Assembly (NCBI GenBank): GCA_951406725.2
Contig: OX597830.1
Location: 48,980,001-49,044,000 of the forward strand
DNA from: Octopus vulgaris
Taxonomy: Eukaryota
Direction: 5' to 3'
Length of the DNA: 64,000 nt
The notes under the pieces were generated by a model. The model was given only the letters and a program-made list of their open reading frames with translations, made no database searches and was not told the origin of the DNA. Below are positions 40,925 through 52,045 of the stretch, piece by piece. The translations under genes and the position numbers were made by a program. Each line of letters starts with the position of its first letter. The stretch's first letter is position 1.

Positions 40925-41752
40925 AATATCCTTGTAAAAATTGCTTAATGCCTGGAAAATGCGATAGTCAGTTGGTGTAAGGTCTGGTGAATATGGTGGA
41001 CGACAGGGTATTTCCAAGTTCAGTTCCTGTAACTCGAGTAGCGTTGTTTGTGCAACATGTGGCTGAGCATTGTCTTGCAAGAGAATCTCTGTTGACCAAT
41101 CTCGGTTGTTCAGTAGCAAGTTCAATCATTATTTCATCCAATTAGTTGATGTATACATCTGCTGTAATTGACTTCCCAGGTCTCGTGAAGCTGTAGTAGA
41201 TGACACTAGCGCTGGACCACTAAACAAACACCATTATGTTTTTGGTGAATATTCTTTTTTGGATTGAGTTTTGGCAATTCGTCTCTATCCAAACACCGTA
41301 CAGAACGCTTGCTATTGTTGAAGAGAAATCCATTTTTCATCTCACGTAACCGTACAATGCAAAAATGGTTCGCTTTTAAGTCGTGACAGCAAAGACCAAC
41401 AAGTTTCAACACTTGTTCAGTTCATTTGGTAACCACTTGTCCAGTTTCTTTACTTTGCCGATTTGTTTCAGATTTGCAATATAGTTGGAATCGAAACATC
41501 AAACCTTGCTGCTAACTCAGCATTTTGAGATGTTTCCACCTCATAATTATCCACTTTGGTCTCAGGTTTACCTCGGGGCTGATTTTCAAGAGTAAAGTTA
41601 CCAGATCATAAGTTCTCAAACCATCGACGTACAGTGTGCTCATTTGCCATATCTTCACCAAACACCTCATTGATGTTTCGAGCAGTCTGGGATGCATTGG
41701 TTCCACGACGGAACTCATATTCATAAACAGCTCGAATTTTTGATATATCCGT
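40925..41752 (-). pseudogene. Decayed mariner (D,D34D; Mos1/SETMAR-like) transposase
   Basis: Minus strand: (ACG)DISKIRAVYEYEFRRGTNASQTARNINEVFGEDMANEHTVRRWFENL*SGNFTLENQPRGKPETKVDN (HTH), LKQIGKVKKLDKWLPNELN (WVPHEL motif), ILLQDNAQPHVAQTT and RPPYSPDLTPTDYRIFQAL (YSPDLAP.D motif). Stops, frameshifts, truncated 3' end, no TIRs found. Confidence 0.93.
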
Positions 41753-41941
41753 GGGTTCACAAAAATTGATTTACAAGAGAAAATTCACAATATAATCACA
41801 CACCATGAATAGCTCTTCGAAAAGTGATGATGTATATATATATATATATCGTCAATAGTTCACATATCCGAAAAAGAAATACACTTTAAGTCATTAGAGC
41901 AGTAATATATTTTTTCTTAGGAAGTCAATGGTTATTTCAGA

Positions 41942-42016
41942 TCAGAGAGTGACCATTGGTATCGCACATATCATATAAAGCGCCTCACAGGTGCGAAACC
42001 AATGGTCACTCTCTGA
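41942..42016. other. 75-nt hairpin: 26-bp stem with one mismatch, 23-nt loop (pre-miRNA-like)
   Basis: tcagagagtgaccattggtatcgcac / gtgcgaaaccaatggtcactctctga. Extra basal pairing gttat/ataac. The structure is certain, the function unknown. Confidence 0.6.
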
Positions 42017-42169
42017 CAGCCCATAACTATTAACTCCCTACCACACTCACATAGAGATCCTAGGTGTTTAACTTTCGTCTCGCGGTTTATTTAAGGGTTG
42101 AAAAAGTCTTCTGGTGGACTGGGCTACTCCTAGCTGCTAATAGCTACTGGGTGACGCTACTACTGGCTT

Positions 42170-42376
42170 GTAATAGAATCGATGGTTACAGACCATCAGA
42201 TTGCTACTTGGCATCACTCAACGACTTTCCCCTAATTCTTTCCAGAGATTTTTATATTGAACGTTTCAACCCCCATAATCACAGTAAACTATAATTGTTC
42301 CCTAAACATAATTCAGACTAAATTCAGTAAAATAAACGACTTTATTCGACACTGTCGGATTACTGGTATTAATTAA
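42170..42376 (+). repeat. ~210-bp dispersed direct repeat, copy 1
   Basis: Aligns with 44980-45208 (gtaatagaatcg...aattcagactaaattcagtaaaataaacgactttattcgacact...attactggtat). Confidence 0.88.
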
Positions 42377-42945
42377 ACCGTTATATTTCAGTCCAATTAA
42401 ATTTTGTTTTATTACAGCCTGAAAGGGTATTTTATCTTCTTTGCTTGATCGTATCTCTCAACGACAAAATGAATGTTCTTTAATTTCGTCCTTTACTTTG
42501 TGAAAATCTTTATTAGTGTATTGTTCCGCTTGTCTCGTTTTTCCTTTTCTCACACAACTCTTTACAACATAAACTGAATTCGTGCTGAAATAAAAATAAA
42601 TAAAAGCTAAATGTTACTTCGAAATCTTGCCACATACTATTATCGAATGATCTGTAATTACTCGCTAGAATTTCAATAGTTTCTCAATAATAATAATAAA
42701 ATAGTTCACTTTTTAAGTAATTTTCTAGTCGAAAATCATCTTCAGTTCAATCTGACGTAATCGACGCTGCTCGCGGTGTATCGGTCGCTTTATTGTTAAC
42801 AGACACAACAGCAGGATGGACTCCAGTTAGCAAATAATTTAAAAAGAACAAACAGAATGAGATGTTTTTAAAAACTTCTAACATTTTATTTGCTTTATCA
42901 GAAATAATTGAAATTCATTCCTGATTGCTGCAAGAAATATAGTAT

Positions 42946-43090
42946 TTTATATATTATACGCGATTAGATGTGGCTCTATATATTTTATATAATTAGATGT
43001 GGCTTTATATATTATATATAATTAGACGTGACTTAATATATTTTATATAATTAGATGTGACTTTATATAATATATACGATTATTTGTGAC
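42946..43090. repeat. 29-bp AT-rich minisatellite, about 5 copies
   Basis: attagatgtggctctatatattttatata restarting at 42963, 42992, 43021, 43050 and 43079. Confidence 0.88.
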
Positions 43091-43099
43091 GTTGTGTAT

Positions 43100-43285
43100 A
43101 ATATTTTACTAGTTTCACTTATTAGATCGCGGCAATGCTGGGGCACCACCTTCAGGGGGTTTAGTGCAATAAATCGACCAAAGCCCTTAACTTTTAAAGG
43201 CTGCTACTTATTGTATCGGTCTCTTAAGCCGAGTCACTAAGTTACTAGGATGTAAGCTCACCCACAGTAGTTGTGAAGCCGTGGT
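43100..43285 (-). mobile_element. 3' half of a decayed family-B SINE
   Basis: gcggcaatgctggggcaccacctt...aaatcgacc...tacttattgtatcggtctctt. Confidence 0.7.
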
Positions 43286-43297
43286 GGGGGTTCTCTT

Positions 43298-43334
<37 letters not shown>

Positions 43335-43343
43335 AACACACTC

Positions 43344-43377
<34 letters not shown>

Positions 43378-43589
43378 ACACACATACACACTCATACACA
43401 TACTCACGTCTTTATGATGTTGCTTATGCGTTCGAAGTGACCGAAGGTGTATACCACGTGCCCCTGATATTGCTACGGAGAGCAGTGACCTTTAGTGATA
43501 TTTATTAGCCTTTAATGACGTAATAATGACACGACGTCGCAGAAATTCTATAAGTAACGGGATATGTGGTATATTTAGTCACCGTCTTT

Positions 43590-43918
43590 CTTCTTCTTCT
43601 TAATCGTTTTTTGCCCCTTGTGGAGCATAGGGCCTCAATAGTTGTTTTCCACTTTTTGCGGTCATTGGCGTGTTTCTTGGTTGCTTCTCATGTCAGGCCG
43701 GTGGTCCTGAGCTCGTCCAACATGTTCCACTTCCATGTCTGCATCGGGCGTCCTCGCTTCCTTTTCCCCTGCGGATTCCAGTCAAGTGCTTGTTGTGTCA
43801 CATTTGAGGGTTCTTTCCGCAGGGTGTGTCCGATCCACCTCCATTTCCTTCGTCTAATCTGAACATGTAAGGGCTCCTGGTTGGCCCTTTCCCACAGGTC
43901 GGTGTTTGGCACTCTGTC
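43590..43918 (-). mobile_element. RTE-clade LINE 3' end with (AAG)n tail
   Basis: [62 protein letters not shown]...ANDRKKWKTTIEALCSTRG, the diagnostic RTE C-terminus, followed by aagaagaag. Confidence 0.93.
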
Positions 43919-44280
43919 GAACTACTTACTCCAAGTAACTATAGTGAGGTGGTGAGAGAAGTCAAGAAGAAACTAAGAAGAGACAGAAGAACACACTTCA
44001 ATGAAGCGGCCGACGAAGCGGAAACAGCAGCGAGGAAAGGAGACTTGATGGCACTACATGCAACAATAAGGCTGCTGAGTGGAAGGAGAGGCAACCCCGT
44101 CAGACCAGTAAAGGACACAGCCGGACGGTTGCTAACTTCCATTGAGGACAAACTAGTGAGATGGAAGGAACACTTCCAAGAAACACTTAACCGCCCTCCA
44201 CCTCAAGAGCCGCCAGAATTGGGGCCAGGGATCCCGCTCAATACCCACACTGGAGAAATTCCCAAACCAGAAGTCATCGT
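43919..44280 (+). mobile_element. RTE-clade LINE endonuclease-RT linker segment, inverted relative to its 3' end
   Basis: YSEVVREVKKKLRRDRRTHFNEAADEAETAARKGDLMALHATIRLLSG...VKDTAGRLLTSIEDKLVRWKEHFQETLNRPPP contains the RTE 'RW.EHF..LLN' region. Confidence 0.92.
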
Positions 44281-44979
44281 GTTTAACGTAGCCAAAAGAA
44301 GATAAAGTAATAGAAACGGTTAAGAAAGACAGGAGTGGTGAAAAAATATTTTTTAATGTCACCCTTATATAATGCTTTTTAATTCTAGTAACAATGAACA
44401 TCCCAATTTGTCATGTCCATTTGTCAAGTTCATTCTACTTCAGTCAAGCATTATAATATGATTATGATTTAATGAGTAGATTGCTGGGATTGATACTCAA
44501 TGCTATTCATTGATACTCTATTGATACTCTATGCTGCGTCACAGTTTCGAATTTAATTCCTTAGTAATTTTGCTTTCATTCATTGCAAGGTTTTTAGACT
44601 ATATGTACCATTTATACATTTGCAATTGAGTAGTTTAAATTGAAACGAAAATATCTTTTTTACAAGGCGTAATCACATTTTCTTTTACGAAAGTGGATGT
44701 ACAGCCATTGAAACTTTACTAATGCTATAACGGAAATTATCACATCTTCTGAACATAAGACAAGATATAAATCAGCACTTGGTTAGCATTTGGTTACGTA
44801 TTCTCTTCTCTCAGTCAGCAGCTCATGTTCTAATAAAAAAGTGATATTAATTTCCTTAAACTAGAGTACATCTATAAAGTTATATCATAGCTATCAGGAT
44901 TGTTGATTGGTGTATGTGTGAGGTCAAGAAACATAAGTTTCAAAATTTAGTTTATCGCCTCTGAAATTAGTACAAACTG

Positions 44980-45204
44980 GTAATAGAATCGCTGGTTACA
45001 GACTAGAAGACTGCTACTTGGCATCGGTCAACAACATTCCCCTTGTTCTTTCCAGAGATTTCTATATTAAACGTTTCAAGAGATAGCTCAGCATCAATCC
45101 CCATAACCTCAGTGAACTATAACTGTTCTCTAAACATAATTAATTCAGACTAAATTCAGTAAAATAAACGACTTTATTCGACACTCGTGCATTACTGGTA
45201 TCAA

Positions 45205-45208
<4 letters not shown>
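44980..45208 (+). repeat. ~210-bp dispersed direct repeat, copy 2
   Basis: See 42170-42376. Carries an extra ~18-bp segment gagatagctcagcatcaa. Confidence 0.88.
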
Positions 45209-45237
<29 letters not shown>

Positions 45238-45238
<1 letters not shown>

Positions 45239-45630
45239 TAAGTAGCTTGCTAACCAACCACATGGTTCCGGGTTCAGTCCCACTGCGTGGCATCTTGGGC
45301 AAGTGTCTTCCGCTATAGCTCCGGACCGACCAATGCCTTGTGAGTGGATTTCGTAGACGGAAACTGAAAGAAGCCTGTCGTATATATGTATATATATATG
45401 TGTGTGTGTGTGTGTTTGTGTGTGTATGTTTGTCCCCCTAGCATTGCTTGACAACCGATGCTGGTGTGTTTACCTCCCCGTCACTTAGCGGTTCGGCAAG
45501 AGAGATCGATGGAATAAGTACTGGGCTTACAAAGAATAAGACCCAGGGTCGATTTGCTCGACTAAAGGCGGTGCTCCAGCATGGCCGCAGTCAAATGACT
45601 GAAACAAGTAAAAGAGTAAAAGAGTAAAGA
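45238..45630 (+). mobile_element. Family-B (CORE-like) tRNA-derived SINE with internal microsatellite and (AAAGAGTA)-type tail
   Basis: B-box-like gggttcagtccc, CORE-like gtggcatcttgggcaagtg, internal (TA)/(TG), 3' end ctccagcatggccgcagtcaaatgactgaaacaagtaaaagagtaaaagag. Near-identical 3' part at 59036-59183. Confidence 0.9.
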
Positions 45631-45687
45631 GAGAGATTACTGTACAGAGGAGTAAACACGGTATAATACGATACGTACTAGTTTCAG

Positions 45688-46030
45688 TGAAGGCGCATGG
45701 CTCAGTGGTTAGAGCGTCGAGCTTACGATCGTGAGGTTGTGAGCTCGAATCCCGGACCGGGCTGCGTGTTGTGTTCTTGAGCAAGACACTTTATTTCACG
45801 TTGCTCCAGTTCACTCAGCTGTGGAAATGAGTTGCGACGTCACAGGTGCCAAGCTGTATCGACCTTTGTCTTTCCCTTGGATAACACTGGTGGCGTGGAG
45901 AGGAGAGGCCGGTATGCATGGGCGACTACTGGTCTTCCATAAAACAACCTTGCCCAGACTTGTGCCTCAGAGGGTAACTCTCTAGGTGCAAACCCATGGT
46001 CACTCATGACCGAAGGGGGTCTTTACCCTT
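45688..46030 (+). mobile_element. tRNA-derived SINE (head + body Y + tail R)
   Basis: tggctcagtggttagagc (A box), gagctcgaatccc (B box), ttgagcaagacactttatttcacgttgctccag. Perfect 12-bp TSD tactagtttcag (45676-45687, 46031-46042). Confidence 0.92.
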
Positions 46031-46042
46031 TACTAGTTTCAG

Positions 46043-46425
46043 GAAACATTAAGATCGAAACCAGGAAGTCAGTGTTAAAATGTTACGTAGACTACTGAAA
46101 CATGGGCAAATAGATGACAAGACTTTGAAATGCGGACGTGGAGATGAGGTTTTGAAAATCCATCTAAGAAATACAAACAAAATCAAAAGGTAAGAATACA
46201 TTATTAGACACAATGAAAGAGAAAACTAAAATATGCTAGACATTAAATTAGAACGAAATGATAGGCAGCTTATGGAAGGAAAAATTGAATGGAAAGGATA
46301 AGAAAAACTGAAAGTGAAGTATAGGACGGACTTAAAATAGTAAACGAATAAAGACAGCAAGAGAACGAGTGCGATGGTGATAAGTGGTATCGAACATGCA
46401 GAGGGTAGAAAATAACTGATGATGT
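46043..46425 (+). mobile_element. Old decayed RTE/BovB-like LINE 3' remnant
   Basis: Broken motifs in RTE order: IKIETRKSVLKCYV, ETW, FEM.TWR..LKI, LMEGKIE, ARERVRW. Ends with tgatgatg. Confidence 0.55.
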
Positions 46426-46607
46426 TAAATATGGGGTGGTGGCCGGGTCATAGTGCTAGTGTTGAATAAAATCATAACTGATCCTCCTGTGTTTTCTTTC
46501 CCTTTTCAGCACTCTTCCAGGTCATAGTGCTAGTGCATGCATATACAGCTGCGTGCGTGCACACATACACGTGAGTACTGTCCAAATCTCCAACCAATCA
46601 CATACAA

Positions 46608-46865
46608 CTAGCTGGCATTCAATTGGCGTATCAAGTTTCGGGCATTTTGATTGGGGTTTTGGATAGAAAATTCACAAAAAGTCACTTCTATTGATTTTTT
46701 TAATGGCTTTGCGGGGTGACTGGGGAAATGTAAAGATGTGCACGACCACCCTTGGACGGGTTTGAGTGACCATAGAAAATGCGAGCCCTCTAACTGAAAA
46801 ATTGTGGATTTGTATAAAGGATATACACACAGACAGACAAACATTTTGCCGTTTATATATGTAGA
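46608..46865 (-). mobile_element. Helitron-like non-autonomous element
   Basis: Minus strand A|TCtacatatataaacggcaaaatgtttgtctgtctgtg ... CTAG|T. The subterminal hairpin is weak. Confidence 0.6.
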
Positions 46866-47222
46866 TATATTCCTCTTCTCATATTCACACACTTATTGCA
46901 GTGGCCCTTCAGTTTTTCTAAGCCCTGAAAAGAACACAGAAGGTTGGGCTTCCTTTCGCGAGACTCTTAAAACCAGGAACTTTTCAGTACCCTCTTGGAG
47001 GTCATTCAATGTGACACAGCACTATTTGGCAGAACAGTATAATTAAGGAATTACAGCCATATGTATACAGAACACCAATTTTAATTCATTAGAGTGTCAC
47101 ATGGAATAATGTCATACGAATACTGTTACATAACTCAGAGTACTAATGCTGAGTAACACGTAGTACTAGATATCCCAGTGTACTAAGAAAGACGCAATGT
47201 CTATATATATTAATTGCGAAGT

Positions 47223-47236
47223 AGAGAGAGAGAGAA

Positions 47237-47305
<69 letters not shown>

Positions 47306-47515
47306 TATCATCTTATGTAATGTCTATTTACTGAAGTGTTTATTGAAGAATGTCGATAAAATGTTCAGAATATTCTTTGCAATGACGGCGACAATGCTGT
47401 TAAGTGCAACGATGTTGGCGGCGACGATGATGACGGTGACAATGATGATGAAGATGATGATAATGATGATGATGATGTGGTGGTGATGGTGATGGTGATG
47501 GTGATGATGATGATA
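47223..47515. repeat. (GA)n and degenerate (GAT/GGT)n microsatellites
   Basis: Direct observation. Confidence 0.92.
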
Positions 47516-48365
47516 TTGCTGCTGTGGCGTAATAAGAATTTAAAATTACATCATGAATCGATTCTGCTCCAGCAGGAGAACAACAAGACTGTCTTACTGA
47601 CATTTTGGTGCAATAGGTATTTTCTTTTTCTTTTTTGTTGTTGTTGTTGTTGTTGTTGTAGTGGAAACCGTGGATCTGTGTCTAAGATCCTGGAGGCAAA
47701 TACAGAAGCTACTTAATATAATAACTCGTTGCTAGAAGGTGTTTTTGTTCATTGATTAACAGATACAATGTAATATTCCCCGAATCACATTAATCTAAAA
47801 AGGAAAACTGCAAACGAACAACGAAGGAAATGGTTCCCCTCGTCTAATAATGTTAGAAAGAAGCTAATTAAAGAATACTGAGATTCCAAATGTAATACAC
47901 AGTTAAGTCTTAAATTAGATTACTTTTGCAACAATGGCCTTCAGTCTTAAACCGACATACTACGATAGAATTTTATTTCTCACATAGGTAAATAGATTCT
48001 GAAAGAATATTTATATTCCTTTTGGTCTTCTAGCAATAAATTCTAGAAGAAAACCAACCGTGATACCGTTTTTATTATATTTCATCAATTATTTGCTTCC
48101 TTGTAATTTTTTCAGAAAAACCAATTCAACTCCTCTCTATTGATGACACATTTCTTCTGCCATTTTAAATGATTAAAGTTTTGAGTTTGTTTTAACAGCT
48201 TCAATTTATGATGTTCATTCTCATGATAAGCTGAGAGAGCAGCCCGGTGACCAAAACGCTCCAGCCGTAAACATTCTGGATTTTTGTATATATAGGACTA
48301 CAGTGTCCAATGTGAAATTATTTACATTAATAAATGTTATTTTGAGGAAGAATTGGCTGTTATTG

Positions 48366-48505
48366 CATGAATTGGGACGAGTCATTGCAAAGGTCGTTTA
48401 CATGGAACGGGTATCACTCAAGTTGAGCTTCATCATACGAGCCACGTACGACCTGCTTCCATCAAAGTCAAACCTTGTGAAATGGGGTAAAAAAGGAAGA
48501 CCCCA
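48366..48505 (+). mobile_element. Fragment of an RLE-type (HERO-like) non-LTR retrotransposon, post-RT region
   Basis: MNWDESLQRSFTWN / SLKLSFIIRATYDLLPSKSNLVKWGKK.EDP, resembling the 'LSFLIRS.YD.LPS..NLV.WG..EDP.C..C' segment before the zinc knuckle. Confidence 0.68.
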
Positions 48506-51500
48506 TCATTGAGATAAGGGAACGAATATAATTATTAAAAAAGATCTTTGGAATCAGTAAGCCAATAGAACAAATTTTAGCAATGTGAGTTCAGTTTTAT
48601 TACGAAAGACTTTTATAAGTGATTCAGTCGGAGGTGAATTATAAAGAATTTGTTTATTGTCAAGTTAATTCTTCGCAGTCCAAGACAGGAAGAACTGAAC
48701 TTAAGACTACAAAATACTAAAATACTTGCAATATACCTTTCGGCGAGAATGTTAGACTTTAATATCATTCAAAATCGTCAATCCAAATTTATAGTTAGTT
48801 CATAGACCCTACTGTCTGTCAGCAACACAGTTAAATACCATCATACGTTCAACTAAGTCTAATTGTTCTCTTATAAACTCTAGCAACACAATTATGACAG
48901 AGCCAAGAATACAATACCTAAAATTGGCTTCGTTCTCTCTAAATTACTGTTGACCTTACACTAGGTGTAAAATGTTCTAACTTGAAATACCGATCTCGTA
49001 TCTACGAATGTAATTTCACAGTGTATGACCACACACGTGATAAACAAAATTTCACTACACAATACTACCAATTGTTCATCTATTCTATTATTTCTGTGTT
49101 CCCCATCGTTGGAACAAAGTTATCCGCATCTGTGACCCTCACTAACACTATACTAGTAATTTAGACGCATTCGTCCCAGCTACTTCTCTTTCTTTTCACT
49201 TCTGTTCCCTCCTTAATTATCTATTTCTATTCACAATGGTTTGCCACTGTCCCCATTTCAAGAAGAGTTAAGTTCTCGAACTTTCTTCCGGTTTATGCCT
49301 CTGTCCAATCAATGATCTACAAACGTTTAAACTATATTATTCGTATCCAAAGTAATGAATTATATTATTCTTATACAATTGTTTGTGATCCTCCAATCAA
49401 TGAGGACGTTGAAAGGCCAATGCATTGCCGTTCCTCATTAGAATGTATAACAAATAACTTCTACAACTGTACGTTTGTGTGTTCTGCATTCATATCCAGC
49501 ATTTGTATGGCATTCTGTTGAATCAGCTAGTTCCGCCAGATTTTATATCCTTTTCATTCCTTCTCCTTTCATTGGAATTCATCTAAATTGGTCCCAGCAT
49601 AGAAAGACAACATCAAGCATTGTAAGCATATATCCTAGCGTTGTGTTAACATGAAATGAGGTCATTAAATCATAAGTTATTAAAAGAAAATGATATTCAA
49701 CAATATTATACTACCTTGCATTAACAATTCTACCAATTTGTTGGATAGTATGTAAAGCTGAAAGAGTGAAATATTGAGTTGAACTCAAAACTAAAGAGCA
49801 ATAAATATATGAATTATTAGACTTAGTTTGTCTCTAAGTTGTTTAGCTCTAAGTCAGATTTGATCGAGCATACCAATATTAAAACCATTTTGTCTAGCGT
49901 GCTAACGATTCTGCCTGCTCGTACACAAAAATATTGAAACTGCTTCTACTGGTAACTGAAACTACATTATCTCTTTGTCATTTTGTCACTGTTACAGAAA
50001 TATTAATAAGGAAAGGGTTTGAGCGAAGAGAATCTAAAACCAGTACATTTCTTTAGAGTCCCAATGAGATAATGTATTTCCTTATTTAGACGGGATTTGA
50101 GCCTAGAATGCGACAGGGAATAACCTAATTCTAAAAGACGCGTTCTTCGTCTTTTTACTAACCTTTGGCGTCAAACTCTTTCGTAACAATATTAATAGAT
50201 GATATTATTAAAAGTAATACTGGCTATCACTGGTTAATTTAATGGGATATCTGTGATTGAACGACCCTAAACCTCGTGATATTAACAGAAAAATTATCAA
50301 TAAAACAGCTGTAAAAATGTCAAGCTAGTATAGAAATAGTTAATGGAAGAGAGAAAATACAGAAATCTATGGAGTGAATATAAATATTAAAAAATAAGCC
50401 ACTACATTTCTGTCAATAAAACTCTTGACATAACAACGTACAACACAATATATAATTAGCGCGTGGTAATTGAAAATAGCTATTATATACATATAGTTAT
50501 GGGTAAAGTAGTTATGTTAGAATTTTAGAAACAGTAAAATCTTCATTGTCATCTCAATGGAAAGAGAATTGAGATTAGAACATGCATTTTTATTTATTTT
50601 ATTTTGGTTCTCCTTCAACAAAATCTATTGCACCGAACTTGGAAAATTGGTAGCAAAGATATTACATAGCATTAAATATCTTTCTATTGTCTGTTTTATT
50701 GAAAAACTGCTGTATTTTGTGAATGAAAAAAAAAAAAAAAGACGGCGAAAGATAATGCAGTTATGTTAGTTTTCAAATTCATACTCATCTTCCAGTCACC
50801 TAGCGCCATCTTGTCATCTTGTTTCAGGCTGTCTTGATGACATTTAAAATACATATTACATATTCCGAAGATATATTGAGATTTTTCACTTGTCAAATCT
50901 GATGGTATAATATTAGCTGCGACCCCTATAATCTAGTCTAACAGGGAAAAAAAGCCAAACCCCCACCAAAACACTAAAACAATGACAACGTTACTGACAA
51001 TGATGATGATGATGATGTTGACGACGACGACGACGATGATGATGACGACAACGATGATGATAATTATGATGGCATGTCGAGATAAGCATTCACGCGGTGT
51101 TTCTTATTACAAGCAACTCTAGAATTTCACGATTTGTCTGTCTATTTCAAATAACATCCGTTTTGTGTATTAAACAGGAGACGGTGACAGAACAATCTTA
51201 GTCACATGGTAGCACTTCTGAAAACATTGGCGAATTCCACTACCACCATCAATGCTACTAATACCCCAACCATTACCACCACCACCACCACCACCATCAT
51301 ATTAGATACCACGATTATTGCCACCAGTATGGCGAACACTACTTCCATCAAAGCCGTCACCGCATCACTGCGCTCAGCATCCTCATCACCGCCATCACAG
51401 AGTATCAACACCACCAACAGCATCCCAACATCACCACATTGACTGCCATCAGAATACAAGCACCGTCAACATCACCACCACAATACCAACACTATGATAA

Positions 51501-51544
51501 CCATCACGAACCTGAGCACTACCAGAGTGGCTGACGGGGAGACA

Positions 51545-51630
51545 GACACGTGGAAGGCGGGGCACGGGTGACCGACACGTGGAAGGTGGGGCACGGGTGA
51601 CCGACATGTGGAAGGGGTGAAGCATGGGTT
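51545..51630. repeat. GC-rich 29-bp tandem repeat, 3 copies
   Basis: gacacgtggaaggYggggcacgggtgacc at 51545 and 51574, degenerate at 51603. Confidence 0.88.
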
Positions 51631-51654
51631 AATAAAGACATTGTCTGCACCATC

Positions 51655-52045
51655 TCTGAGCCTCTCTGCTTCGTTGTCTATCTGTCCCTCTCTCTGCCTG
51701 CCAGCTGTCTGTCGGCTTTGCCTATCGACCTCTTAACCTTCTTGTTAGCCTCTGTCTATCTGCCTCTCTGCCTATCTGTGTGTCCCAGTATTTGCCCCTC
51801 CTGACTGCTTCTTTGTCTGTCAGACTCTCTGTCTATCCGATTGTCTGCCTTTGTTTATCTGACTCGCTGTCTGACTTTCTGTCAGTCTGTCTGCCATGCA
51901 GTCTGTCTGTTTGTCTGTGAGTCTGTCTGCTTGTGTCTGCCAATTTGTTTGTCTTTCTGATTCTCTGTCCGTCTATCTGCCTCTCTGTCTGCTTGGTCTG
52001 CTTGCTTCTTTGTCTGCCTCTTTGCCTGTCTCGCTGCCTCTACGT
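51655..52045. repeat. Degenerate (CTGT/CTGC)n low-complexity tract
   Basis: Direct observation. Confidence 0.85.

Noticed and set aside
40925-41752. Domesticated SETMAR-like gene
   Set aside because: The start codon is mutated to ACG, with in-frame stops, frameshifts, deletions and no SET domain. It is a dead mariner copy.
45688-45765. tRNA gene (also 3885-3956, 8095-8167, 57054-57110, 54780-54812)
   Set aside because: A and B boxes are present, but there is no complete cloverleaf or acceptor stem. The first four continue into SINE bodies, three of them with TSDs. The 54780 case is only an isolated B-box fragment.
51206-51442. Thr/Ser-rich mucin-like ORF
   Set aside because: Translation of a degenerate (CAC/CAT)n tract with no splice or domain support.
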